Shown: positions 12,593-25,397, counted from the stretch's first letter. The stretch is DNA of 64,000 nt from Anaeramoeba ignava BMAN (GCA_028826165.1 JAPDFW010000010.1:1-64000), one strand, 5' to 3'. Notes: generated by a model not told the origin, from the letters alone. Program-made: numbers and translations.

Positions 12593-15361
12593 TTAAACAT
12601 CAAGTTTTATATTATGATGATTCTCATGAAAATGCATTCCATCTCCTAAATAAATTTAAAAATAGATTTAAAAATAAATTTGAAAATAGATTTATGAATA
12701 AATTTAAAAATAAATTTGAAAATAGATTTAAAAATAAATTTAAAAATAGATTTATGAAATAAAGATTTAATCACCTTTTGGTAATTTTGTACTAAATAAA
12801 AAATAAATCAAACTTTGATTTCTTGTTAAATCAAAAAAATCTCTAAAATTATTTTTGAATCCAAAATCATAAGGATTTAGTGGTCTCTAAAATAAATTTT
12901 ATAAAATAAATTGAAATAAATTTTATAAAATAAATTGAAATAAATTTAATAAATTAAATTGAAATAATTTTAATAAATTAAATTGAAATAAATTTAATAA
13001 AATAAATTGAAATAAATTTAATAAATTAAATTGAAATAATTTTAATAAAATAAATTGAAATAATTTTAATAAATTAAATTGAAATAAATTTAATAATTTA
13101 AATTAAAATAATTTTAATAAAATAAATTGAAATAAATTTAATAAATTAAATTGAAATAATTTTAATAAATTAAATTAAAATAAATTTAATAAATTAAATT
13201 GAAATAAATTTAATAAATTAAATTGAAATAAATTTAATAAAATAAATTAAAAATAAATTTTAATAAATTAAATTGAAATAAATTTAATAAATTAAATTGA
13301 AATAAATTTAATAAATTAAATTCAAATAAATTTAATAAATTAAATTGAAATAAATTTAATAAATTAAATTAAAATAAATTTAATAAAATAAATTGAAATA
13401 AATTTTATAAAATAAATTGAAATAAATTTATATATTAAATTGAAATAAATTTATATATTAAATTGAAATAAATTTAATAAATTAAATTGAAATAATTTTA
13501 TAAATTAAATTGAAATAAATTTAATAAATTAAATTGAAATAAATTTTATAAATTAAATTGAAATAAATTTAATAAATTAAATTGAAATAAATTTAAATTG
13601 AAATAAATTTAATAAATTAAATTGAAATAATTTTATAAATTAAATTGAAATAAATTTAATAAATTAAATTGAAATAAATTTTATAAATTAAATTGAAATA
13701 AATTTAATAAATTAAATTAAAATAAATTTAATAAATTAAATTGAAATAATTTTAATAAAATAAATTGAAATAAATTTAATAATTTAAATTGAAATAAATT
13801 TAATAAATTAAATTGAAATAATTTTAATAAATTAAATTAAAATAAATTTAATAAATTAAATTGAAATAAATTTTAATAAATTAAATTGAAATAAATTTAA
13901 TAAATTAAATTGAAATAAATTTAATAAATTAAATTAAAATAAATTTAATAAATTAAATTGGAATAAATTTAATAAATTAAATTAAAATAAATTTAATAAA
14001 TTAAATTGAAATAAATTTAATAAATTAAATTGAAATAAATTTTAATAAATTAAATTGAAATAAATTTTAATAAATTAAATTGAAATAAATTTAAATTAAA
14101 TTAAAATAATTTAATAAATTAAATTGAAATAAATTTAATAAATTAAATTGAAATAATTTTAATAAATTAAATTGAAATAAATTTAATAAATTAAATTGAA
14201 ATAAATTTAATAAATTAAATTGAAATAAATTTAATAAATTAAATTGAAATAAATTTAATAAATTAAATTGAAATAAATTTAATAAAATAAATTAAAATAA
14301 TTTTAATAATTTAAATTGAAATAAATTTTAATAAATTAAATTGAAATAAATTTAATAAATTAAATTGAAATAAATTTAATAAATTAAATTGAAATAAATT
14401 TAATAAATTAAATTGAAATAAATTTAATAAAATAAATTGAAATAAATTTAATAAATTAAATTGAAATAAATTTTATAAAATAAATTGAAATAAATTTAAT
14501 AAATTAAATTGAAATAAATTTAATAAATTAAATTGAAATAAATTTAATAAATTAAATTGAAATAAATTTAATAAATTAAATTGGAATAAATTTAATAAAT
14601 TAAATTGAAATAATTTTATAAATTAAATTGAAATAAATTCATACTTGTGCTTTGGGAAAAGACATCCTTTGATAAAATTCAATCGTTGTTTGATTTGTAA
14701 AAACAAGAAAAAATTGCCAAAACAAAATAAAAGATAAAGAAAGAAAAATAGTAACACATAAAATAGAGAAAAGAATAACATTTTCAGAAAAATTTTCATC
14801 AGGAGTATCAATGAAGCCAAATTGAAAAAGAAAAGCTTTAGCAGTAAGAAGAAAAGCATAAATACAACCGATCCACAAATAGAGAGTAAAAAGAACGAAA
14901 TATTTATGATTAAAAAAACCAACACTATTGTTAATCCATGGACAATAATGCTCCATTTTGAGAACACATTGATTCATAACGGAATCATGATGTGTTCTTG
15001 GAGGTTTAAAAGAGGAACAATAAGGACAATAAGGAACATAAACAGGAAATTCACTATCCAAATTTTCTTTATATTGTTTTTTCAATTGTGACAGTTCTTC
15101 TTCTGAAATTATATTTTTTGGTACTTTTCCTGGATTGGTTACAACTGCTTTGTAATAGAAATATCCAATTCCCCAAGCATCCCATATTGAAATTACTAAT
15201 TGTGTTAATGCAAATACTTTGTTTGTTGAAAATAAATCAGGTAAAATTCGAAAAAAGAAAAAATAATAACTGATTCCTAATACTCCAAATCCAAGAGTAA
15301 CAAAAACAAGTCCTAAAATTTTAGTTGCAGATTTTGAATTTGTAAACGATAGAAAAATCAT
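12593..15361 (-). CDS. DHHC-family palmitoyltransferase with atypical EHYC motif, 3 exons
   Basis: Exons 15361-14645, 12886-12775 and 12645-12593 splice in frame. They give CPYC..KPPRTHH..CVLKMEHYCPWINN.VG..NHKYF, NQTTIE, NPYDFGFKNN and PKGDG. Confidence 0.9.
12890..14640. repeat. ~24-bp unit tandem array (TTGAAATAAATTTAATAAATTAAA) filling DHHC intron 1
   Basis: Visible periodicity spanning almost the whole intron from donor to acceptor. Confidence 0.95.
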
Positions 15362-15604
15362 TTTAAATAATGAAAAAAATGAAAAAAATTTTTTTGGTTT
15401 TTCCTTTTATTTTTCTTTTTTAAAAAAAAATTCTTTCTAAAAAGAAAAATTTTTCTTTTGAATTTCTGAATGAAATTAGAAGTGAAAAATGGAAAAAAAA
15501 GAAAACGGAAAAGTTATTCCAAAATTTTTTGGATTGGATTGAATTGAATTGAAAAAAAGGAAAAAGGAAAAATGAAATGATGAGAATTGAAAAGAAAAAA
15601 ACGC

Positions 15605-18600
15605 TTATTTCTTTGATAAATGAACGATAATTTCTTGAGTAAAATCGCATAAATCATTAGCTGTTTGGATGATCATCATTTCGCTTGTTGTGTGAGGATT
15701 TTTGACAGTGGGTCCAATAGAGATTGCTTGCATTTGATTTTCAGGGAACTTATTGATGATGATACCACATTCCAAACCTGCATGGAAATAAGCTAATTTG
15801 GCATCTTTTTTGAACATTTCATGATAAACATTTTTGGCGGTTGTCAAAAGATGACTGTTTGGCTCAGCAGGCCATCCTGAGAAGTCAGTGCCTTTGCGGA
15901 CGACTTTCCCACCATGGATAGTGGCGATTCCTTCGAGCATTTTATGACAGGCTTCCATCATTTCGTCAGTAGAGTTAGTTCGAATAAAAACTTCAATAAC
16001 CATTTCATTATCGACCATTTTGGCGACTGATAAAGATTGCGAGGTTTCAACAAGATTGTCGACATCGTTAGACCATTTGAAGACTCCGTGATGAATGGCT
16101 TCGATAGCGTGGAGGATTGAGAGGGTGTTGACGTCTGTAAGAGCTTCTGTGGCGGTTAATTCTTTTTTGACTAATTCAATTTCAGGTGATTTTTCAATGA
16201 AATCATGTTTTCCTTTAAGAACGTCTCCCAAGTGTTTCATTGCCGCAATCATCTCGTCTGCTTTTTCCTTGGGCGTGCAGAAGGTTACGTTGGCGTGGGA
16301 TGGAATGGCGTTGTGTGCGTTTCCGCCTTCGAATGAAATCAATCGAATTGGTGTTCCTGTTTTGGTTACTTTGTTATCAAGAAGCATTCGCATCGCCCAT
16401 TTGATTGCGTTTCCTCTTCCAAGTTGAATGTCGATTCCTGTGTGTCCTCCATAGAGTTTTTTGATTTTCATCTCAATTTCGACATATCCTTCGGGAATTT
16501 TTGCTTTGATCATTGGGAGGTTGACTAATCTCATTGCTCCACCTGCGCATGACATAGCAATCTTTTATTATTTTTTTTAAATTTTAATTTTAAATTTGAT
16601 TTAATTTGAATTTGAATTTGAATTTGAATTTGAATTATTTAATTTTAATTTTAATTTTAATTTAATTTAATTTGATTTAATTTGAATTTGATTTGAATTT
16701 GAATTTGAATTTGAATTTGAATTTGAATTTGAATTTGAATTTGAATTTGAATTTGAATTTGAATTTGATTTGATTTAATTTAATTTGATTTGATTTAATT
16801 TAATTTAATTTAATTTAATTTAATTTTAATTTGATTTGAATTTGATTTATTTTGATTTAATTTGAATTTTAATTTGAATTTGAATTTGAATTTGATTTGA
16901 TTTAATTTAATTTAATTTGATTTAATTTAATTTAATTTAATTGGATTTGAATATTTAATTTAATTTAATTTAATTTAATTTAATTTAAATTTGAATTTAA
17001 TTTTATTTGATTTGATTTAATTTAATTTAATTTTGAATTTGATTTAATTTAATTTTGAATTTAAATTTGATTTATTTGAATTTTAATTTAATTTAATTTA
17101 ATTTAATTTGATTTGAATTTGAATTTAATTTGATTTTGATTTGAATTTGAATTTGAATTTAATTTAATTTAATTTTAATTTTAATTTAATTTAATTTAAT
17201 TTAATTTAATTTAATTTAATTTAATTTAATTTGATTTGAATTTGAATTTGAATTTGAATTTAATTTAATTTGATTTAATTTAATTTAATTTAATTTAATT
17301 TAATTTAATTTAATTTAATTTAATTTAATTTTTAATTTAATTTAATTTAATTTAATTTAATTTAATTTGAATTTTGAATTTGATTTGATTTAATTTGATT
17401 TAATTTAATTTGAATTTAATTTAATTTAATTTAATTTTAATTTAATTTAATTTAATTTAAATTTGATTTATTTTTAATTTAATTTGATTTAATTTTGAAA
17501 TTTGATTTAAAATTTAATTTAATTTAATTTAATTTAATTTTGAATTTGATTTAATTTAATTTAATTTAATTTAATTTGATTTAATTTTTGATTTTGATTT
17601 AATTTGATTTTTAATTTAATTTAATTTGAATTTGAATTTAATTTTGAATTTAATTTAATTTAATTTAATTTTAATTTAATTTAATTTAAATTTAATTTAA
17701 TTTAATTTTGATTTTAATTTAATTTAATTTAATTTAATTTTGAATTTGATTTGATTTGAATTTGAATTTGAATTTAATTTAATTTGATTTTGAGTTTGAT
17801 TTGATTTAATTTAATTTAATTTAATTTAAATTTTAATTTGATTTAATTTGATTTTAATTTAATTTAATTTGATTTAATTTAATTTAATTTAATTTAATTT
17901 AATTTAATTTAATTTAAATTTTAATTTGATTTAATTTGAATTTGAATTTGAATTTGAATTTGAATTTGAATTTAATTTAATTTAATTTAATTTGAATTTG
18001 AATTTGATTTGGATTTAAATATATTTATATAATTGAAATTGTTGAAAGAATTTTGAACAAGTTAGTTTAAATAATAAATAAATAATTGATTAATTGATGT
18101 ATTAAAAAATAAATTTTTTTTCCAAATGACTCATAACTGAATAAAAAAAACAAAAAATGACTAATAAAAAGAAAAAGCAAAAGAAAAAAAGCAAAAAAAA
18201 AAATTCTTTTTTAAAACAAGAAAAACAAACTTACTTCACCCCAATCTTCACTATCAATATTAACTAAATATTTAGAGTTTTTCTTCAATAATTCACCATC
18301 AACAAGATCACAAGCACCAATTAAACCGATTTCCTCATCAGTAGTAACAAGAGCTTCAAGAGGAGGATGAGGGAAATCCATTTCAAGAAGAGCCAAAGAA
18401 ACAGCAAGACCAGAACCATCATCAGCACCAAGAGTAGTTTTATTAGCAGTGACCCATTCACCTTCAATAAGGACATCAATGGGTTGTTTCAAGAAATCAA
18501 AATCAAAATCAGCTTCTTTTGTGCAAACCATATCCATATGTGATTGCAAAACAATTCCATCAAGTTCTTCCAATCCTTTTGTTCCCGCTTTTCTTAAAAG

Positions 18601-18825
18601 AACATTTCCTGTTTTATCCTTTTGAACTTCGCATCCAATTTTTTTTCCTGTTTCAACTAGCCAATCTGCTACTCCTTTTGTGTTGCCGCTTCCTCTTGGA
18701 ATTTCTGTTAATGCTACAAACCATTTCCACATGTTTTTTTGTAAATCTGTCTTCGCGGTTTTTGCAAGTTCTTCATATGTTTTCATGCTTTTTTCATATT
18801 TGAATAAATCTTTTGGTGCTAACAT
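15605..18825 (-). CDS. pepD: Aminoacyl-histidine dipeptidase (M20C, PepD-like), 2 exons
   Basis: Motifs IPRGSG, VLQSHMDMV, TTLGADDG, TDEEIGLIGA, NIDSED, GGHTG, HNAIP, HAGLECG and SIGPT..PH. Intron 18234-16562 joins DWGE|IAMSCAGG. Confidence 0.93.
16580..18010. repeat. Mixed TTTAA/TTTGA/TTTGAA microsatellite inside the pepD intron
   Basis: Directly visible. Confidence 0.95.
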
Positions 18826-18944
18826 TTTTTTTTTACTTTATTTTGTTTTTGTAACAAAAAAAATGATTTTTATTTTTAAAAAAAAAAATTTTTCCATTTA
18901 AAAAAAAAAAAAAAAAAAAATAAAAAATATAAAAATTAAGATTT

Positions 18945-19952
18945 AAAATAAAATAATTTAAAAAATGAGAATAGATTTAATTTATTATTTTAATTTATAA
19001 ATTAATTTAAAAATATAATTTAATTTAATATTTAATTTTATTATTTAAAATTAAATAATATTTAATTTTTGTTTTTAAATTTAGATTTAAATTTTTTATT
19101 ATTTAAATATTTAACATAAAAATATAAAAAATAAGAATAGATTTAATTTAATATTTAATTTATAAATTAATTTAAAAATATAATTTAATATTTAATTTTA
19201 TTATTAAAATAATAATTTATTGTTTTAGATTTAAATATTTTATTATTTAAATATTTAACATATAAATATAAAAATAAGAATAAGTTTAATTTAATATTAA
19301 ATTTATAAATTAATTTAAAAATATAATTTAATATTTAGTTTTCCATTATTAAAATAATAATTTAATGTTTTAAATTTAAATATTTTATTATTTAAAATAT
19401 TTAAATATAAAAATATAAAAATGAAAATAAGTTTAATTTAATATTTAATTTATAAATTAATTTAAAAATATAATTTAATATTTAATTTTATGTTTAAAAT
19501 AATAATTTATTGTTTTAGATTTAAAAATTTTATTATTTAAATATATAATATATAAATATCAAAAATAAGAATAAGATATAATTTAATATTTAATTTATAA
19601 ATTTATTTAAAAATATAATTTATTATTTAATTTTATTATTAAAATAATAATTTAATGTTTTAAATTTAAATATTTTATTATTTAAATATTTAACCATATA
19701 AAAATAAAAAAATAAGAATAAATTTAATTTAATATTTAATTTATAAATTAATTTAAAAATATAATTTAATACTTAATTTTATTATTAAAGTAATAATTTA
19801 ATGTTTTAGATTTAAATATTTTATTATCTAAATATTTAACATATAAATATAAAAAATAAGAATAGATTTAATTTAACATATAATTTATAAATTAATTTGA
19901 AAATATAATTTAATATTTAATTTTATTATTAAAATATTAATTTATTGTTTTA
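18945..19952 (+). repeat. Array of a ~145-bp AT-rich unit x ~7
   Basis: The marker AGAATAGATTTAATTTAATATT and its variants recur at about 18967, 19134, 19277, 19424, 19567, 19714 and 19859. Confidence 0.9.
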
Positions 19953-19981
19953 TATTTTTATTTATTTTCAAATTTCAATAT

Positions 19982-20533
19982 TTAATTTTCTTTTTTGTTA
20001 ATTGGTTTCAAAAAAAATCCTTTCATTTTATTTTCATCTCCTTGCATTTTATATAATTCATCTGATTTTTCTTTAATACTTTCTTGTAATCTTTTTATTT
20101 CTTGATTGAAATTTTTTTGATCTAAAACAAATTTAATTTTAATTATGATTTTAATTTTAATTTTAATTTTGATTTTGATTTTAATTTTAATTTTAATTTT
20201 GATTTTAATTTTAGATTAACCTTTTTTAATATATTCTTTAGCATTTTCTTTTGGAACTTTTATAAAAAATTCACCTAAACATAACCAAATTTTTTTATTT
20301 TTAATTTTTTCAGATTGATGTTGAATAATATCTAAAGATTCTCTATTTGATTGTCGTTTTTTATCAAATTCAATAAGAGTATGTTTTTCAACTAAAATTT
20401 CTTCAGCAAGAAGTTCCATTTGAATAAGTTTTTTTTGTAAATTTCTTTAAATTTATTTTTTCATTTAATTTTTATTTTTTTTCAATTAAATTTTTTTATT
20501 TTTTTTGAATTAAATTTACTCAAAATCTGTCAT
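19982..20533 (-). CDS. PDRG1: p53 and DNA damage-regulated protein 1 (prefoldin-like), 3 exons
   Basis: Exons 20533-20520, 20444-20221 and 20121-19982 give MTDFENLQKKLIQMELLAEEIL..DKKRQSNRE..KIWLCLGEFFIKVP..KKDQ..EIKRLQ..KGFFLKPI, the PDRG1 pattern. Confidence 0.85.
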
Positions 20534-20547
20534 TGTTCAAAGAAGGG

Positions 20548-21092
20548 AAAAATGAAAAATGAAAAATGAAAAATGAAAAATGAAAAATGAAAAATGAAAA
20601 ATGAAAAATGAAAAATGAAAAATGAAAAATGAAAAATGAAAAATGAAAATTTTAATTTTAAAATTTTAAAAATGAAAATCGGAAAAATTTTAATTTTAAT
20701 TTATTTTAATTTTAATTTTAATTTTAATTTTAATTTTAATTTTAATTTTAATTTTAATTTTAATTTTAATTTTGATTTTAATTTTAATTTTAATTTTAAT
20801 TTTAATTTTAATTTTAAATTTTAATTTTAATTTTAATTTTAATTTTAATTTTAATTTTAATTTTAATTTTAATTTTAATTTTAATTTTAATTTTAATTTT
20901 AATTTTAATTTTAATTTTAATTTTAATTTTAATTTTAATTTTTTAATTTTAATTTTAATTTTAATTTTAATTTTAATTTTTAATTTAATTTTAATTTTAA
21001 TTTTAATTTTAATTTTAATTTTTAATTTTAATTTTAATTTTAATTTTAATTTTAATTTTTAATTTTAATTTTAATTTTAATTTTAATTTTAA
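20548..21092. repeat. (AAAAATG)n followed by (TTTTAA)n microsatellite
   Basis: Directly visible. Confidence 0.95.
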
Positions 21093-21550
21093 TTATTAAA
21101 TTTGTTAATTAATAAATCAAATAAATTTAATTTTAATTTTATTTTTTGATTTAATTGAATTTTAATTTCAATTTCAATTTCAATTTTAATTTTTAAATTA
21201 TTTTAATTTTAATTTGAATTTCCATCTTTTAATTTGATTTTTGAAATTCCAATTTTATTCAAATAATTTGAAATGATTTATTATTTTTAATTTTTAATAA
21301 TCTTTAATTTTAATTAGAATTATCATTTTATTTTAAGATAAAAACATAAATTTTCGATATTTTAATTTCACTTTTTCATTTTTAATTTTAATTTTGGAAA
21401 TTTATATTTTCTTTTCTTTTCTTTCAATAATAAAAATCTTTTTCATTAATTTATTTTGAAAAAAATGGAATAAAGAATATTAAAATAATTAAATTTGAAA
21501 TTCTTTCTTTAATTTGATTTGAATAAATCCAATATTCAAATATTTGAAGT
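21093..21550 (-). pseudogene. Decayed 3' fragment of an RCC1-BTB family gene
   Basis: Colinear, indel-rich match to 25407-25745. Examples: GGAAATTTATAT..TTTTCTTTCAATAATAAAA at ~21396 vs ~25693, and AATTTGATTTGAATAAATCCAATATTCAAATATTTGAA at 21511 vs 25545. Confidence 0.75.
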
Positions 21551-21559
21551 ATTTTTATT

Positions 21560-22400
21560 TTAATTTAAATAGATAAAAACAATTCTCAATAATTTAATAA
21601 AATAAATAAAATCTTTTAATTAATTTATTTCAAAAATTTCAAAATAAAGAATATTAAATAATTAAATTTAAAAATTAATTATATTTTTATATATTTTATT
21701 AATATTTCTTTATTTAAAATAATATAAAATTATTCTCAATAATTTAATAAAATAAATAAAATATTTTCAATTAATTTATTTCAAAAATAGAATAAAGAAT
21801 ATTAAATAATTAAATTTAAAATTAATTATATTTTATATATTTTATTAATATTTCTTTTATTTAAAATAATATAAAATTATTCCCAATAATTTAATAAAAA
21901 TAAATAAAATATTTTAATTAATTTATTTCAAAAATGGAATTAAAGAATATTAAATAATTAAATTTAAAATTAATTATATTTTATATATTTTATTAATATT
22001 TCTTTATTTAAAATTAATATAAAACTATTCCCAATAATTTTAATAAAATTGAAAAGAAAAATTGAAATATTTTAATAAAGATAAATATTTAATTTTAATA
22101 ATAATTAATAATAATTTAATTTAAATTTATTTTATTTTAATTTAAAATAATATTTTATTTATTATATTAATATTTTTGATTATTTATTATTTTAATTTTA
22201 ATTATAATAAAATATATTAAAAAAATTGGAATAAATATTTTAATAAAGATATATATTTAATTTTAATAATATTTAATAATAATTTAATTTAAATTGATTT
22301 TATTTTTAATTTAATTTAATATTTTTATTTATTATATTAATATTTTTGATTATTTATTATTTCAATTTTAATTATAATAAAATATATTAAAAATAAAATT
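21560..22400. repeat. AT-rich satellite: ~149-bp unit x ~3.5, then a ~168-bp unit x 2
   Basis: TTC(T/C)CAATAATTT at about 21583, 21733, 21880 and 22029. TAATAAAGATA at 22073 and 22241. Confidence 0.8.
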
Positions 22401-22861
22401 AAAAATTAAAAATTTTAAATAAATTGAATTTAACATGATTGAATAAGATAAACTTTCTAAAAAAATAATTTACTAATTATTCTATTTTTGATTTTGATTA
22501 TAATTTATTAATATTTAAATATTAATTAATAATAAATTTTATTTGATTTTTTTTATTTTAATATTTTAATTAATGAATTTAAATTTAATTATTATTAATT
22601 TCTATTTTCAATTTTTATTTTTATTTATTATATTAAAAATATTCAATTTTTAAAATTTATTATTTTTTTTTTTGGATTATTTTTATTAATTAAATTTTTA
22701 ATAAATATTTTAAATTAAAATTAAATTATTTAAAATTAAATTTGTTTTTTATTTATTGTTTTAAAGAAATTAATTTGATTAAAAGTAAATTAAAATTGAA
22801 TTAAATTTTGAAAAAAAAAATTAAAAAAAAAAAGTTTGATTTTCTTATTATTAATTAATTT

Positions 22862-24559
22862 TTAAATGAAATAAGTTTCAAGTTCATCAACAACCCATGA
22901 AGAATAAGAACCAGCTAAATAACTTTTAGCTTCATTTGTATTATGAGTAATCCCATTAGGTAGATTATAACTACGACCAATATTTGAATAACCAGGTTGT
23001 AAATTAGAATTTAAATAAAAATCATGTCCACGACCAAATAATGGACCATAACTTAAACCAGAACCAATTGCATGTTGAGGTTCTTTACAAGTAAACTTTG
23101 CAGGTATTCTATCCCCTTTATCATTTCTTAATGAAAAAATAAATGCATTTGAATCTTTAATGTATCCTTTATCTCCATTAAATCCAACTTGAGTAAATCC
23201 TCCAAAAATAAAATTATCTTTTGTTTTGATAATAACTAATGTTTTTCCTTTATCATCAACTGCTTTATGCCAATTTTGAGAATCAAATCCATCTTTTTTT
23301 GCTGAAAATCCTTTTTTCATTTTAGAAAAAAAATCATTATCATTTATCCATTCTTGTAATTTCTTAACATATTCAATATCTTTAATAATTTCTGAATCTG
23401 AAAATTGAGGAAAATTCTTTTGATTTTGTTTTGATTCTTCTTTTTGATTTTCTTTTTCAATTTCTTTTTGTTTGAGAATTTTATCTTTCTTTTCATTTTC
23501 TTGTTTTTGGTTTTCATTTTCAGATTTGAGATTTTGATTTTCATTTTCTTTCTTTTGATTTTCTTGTTTCAAATTTTCAATTTCTTTGTTTTTATCTTCA
23601 ACTTCTTTCTTCCATTTCTCTTCAATTTCAATTTTCATTTGTTCATTCTCCTTTTCTTTTTCTTTGATTTTTGTTTCTTTTTCTTGATCTTGAATTTGAA
23701 AAATAGTTCTTTCAAAATTAATTAAAAAAGAATTTGGAAGAAAAAAATCAAATTGTTTTAATTTATCAAAATCTTGTTTTGAAATTGAATCTTTATCAAA
23801 TAATGAAAAAAAAGAATGAAATAATCTTTTCTTTGCATTCATTTTGTGTTTATATTTCCTTAATTTTAATGAATTAATTCTTTTTTCAATCCAATTATTT
23901 AAAAATTGAAAAAAATCAAATTGAAAAATTTCTTTTTTTTCTTGTTTAAATTGAATAAATTTGATAATTTCTTCTTTAGTTAAATTGAATAAATTTTCAT
24001 TATTCTGAATTTGGGAAAAATTTTGATTTATTAATTCAAAACATTTTATTTCAATTTCATTTGAATTTAAATTTCGATTTTGGAATAAAAATTGGAAAAA
24101 ATTTGAATAATTAATTGAATTTGAAATTTTTTTTTGAATAATTTCTTTCAATAAATTTAATTTAAAATAAATTGAAATTTCTAATAATTGAATAAGATTT
24201 TCTTGATTCTCAAAAGAAATATTTCCATAATAAATATAACTCAAAATTGATTCCATTTCTTTTTTATTAAATTGTTTTAAAAAAATCTTATTTATCTGAT
24301 CTCTATCTCTTAAAAACTCATTAAAAAAAGGAGATCTTGAAGATAAAATTGATTTATGAACTTTAATTTCAAAAGTATTTGGTTCTTTCTCAACAAAAAT
24401 TGAAAAATCTTTAAATGAATTTCCATTTAAAAGGTTTGAATAATTTTTAATTAAATTTTTTGTTACTTTTTTTTCTAAATTTTTCATTTCATTTTCATTT
24501 TCATTTTGATTTTGATTTGCATTTTCAATTTGGTTATTATTATTATTATTATTATTCAT
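22862..24559 (-). CDS. BTB/POZ + coiled-coil + TLDc domain protein, intronless
   Basis: BTB motifs FKDFSI..VHKSILSSRSPFF..ILSYIYYG. TLDc motifs KDGF..WHKAVDDKGKTLVIIKT..IFGGFT..AFIFSL..GPLFG..DELETY. Confidence 0.93.
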   Translation of the reverse strand: MNNNNNNNNQIENANQNQNENENEMKNLEKKVTKNLIKNYSNLLNGNSFKDFSIFVEKEPNTFEIKVHKSILSSRSPFFNEFLRDRDQINKIFLKQFNKKEMESILSYIYYGNISFENQENLIQLLEISIYFKLNLLKEIIQKKISNSINYSNFFQFLFQNRNLNSNEIEIKCFELINQNFSQIQNNENLFNLTKEEIIKFIQFKQEKKEIFQFDFFQFLNNWIEKRINSLKLRKYKHKMNAKKRLFHSFFSLFDKDSISKQDFDKLKQFDFFLPNSFLINFERTIFQIQDQEKETKIKEKEKENEQMKIEIEEKWKKEVEDKNKEIENLKQENQKKENENQNLKSENENQKQENEKKDKILKQKEIEKENQKEESKQNQKNFPQFSDSEIIKDIEYVKKLQEWINDNDFFSKMKKGFSAKKDGFDSQNWHKAVDDKGKTLVIIKTKDNFIFGGFTQVGFNGDKGYIKDSNAFIFSLRNDKGDRIPAKFTCKEPQHAIGSGLSYGPLFGRGHDFYLNSNLQPGYSNIGRSYNLPNGITHNTNEAKSYLAGSYSSWVVDELETYFI

Positions 24560-24984
24560 TTTGTTTTTTGTTTTTGTGTTTTTTTGTTTTTTGTTGTTTT
24601 TTGTTTTTTAAAAAAAAAGGAAAAAAATGAAAAAAAAATTTAAAAATAAAAAAAAGTGGATTTTGAAAATAAATAAAAATATAAAAAATGAGAATAAATT
24701 TAAATTAATAATTAATTTAATTTTCTTTTTAATTTATTATTTTAAATTAATTTATTAATAAATTATTATTATTTTTTTATTAATTTTTTCATTATTAAAA
24801 AAAAAAGGAAAATTATTTTAATTTAATTTTTTTTAATTTAATTTTTTTTTTGGAATTTAAAAATTATTAATAAATTTAAATTTAAAAACAAATTTCCAAA
24901 TTAATATTAATTCAATTTAATTCAAAAAGATAAAATTTTAATTTCAAAAATCAATTTTCAAAATATTTTTAAACAATAAAATAA

Positions 24985-25397
24985 TTAAATCTAAAACAAT
25001 AAATTAATATTTTAATAATAAAATTAAATATTAAATTATATTTTAAACATATATTTTTAAAATTAATTTATAAATTAAATATTAAATTAAATCTATTCTC
25101 ATTTTTATATTTATATGTTAAATATTTAAATAATAAAATATTTAAATCTAAAACATTAAATTATTATTTTTAAACATAAAATTAAATATTAAATTATATT
25201 TTTAAATTAATTTATAAATTAAATATTAAATTAAATTTATTTTCATTTTTTTTATATTTATATGTTAAATATTTAAATAATAAAATATTTAAATCTAAAA
25301 CATTAAATTATTATTTTAATAATAAAATTAAATATTAAATTATATTTTTAAATTAATTTATAAATTAAATATTAAATTAAACCTATTCTTATTTTTA
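24985..25397 (-). repeat. Inverted array (~3 units) of the ~145-bp unit found at 18945-19952
   Basis: 24992-25043 is the exact reverse complement of 19901-19952. Confidence 0.9.

Noticed and set aside
12580-12762. 60-aa plus-strand ORF with NKFKNRF repeats
   Set aside because: It is the antisense of DHHC exon 3 and its repeat-filled intron 2.
20636-21062. ORFs of [22 protein letters not shown] type here and at 27419, 39551-40214, 43697, 45666, 53244, 54920-55200, 60593, 61520-62524 and 62843-63736
   Set aside because: They are translations of stop-free microsatellites in introns or spacers, or shadows of real genes.
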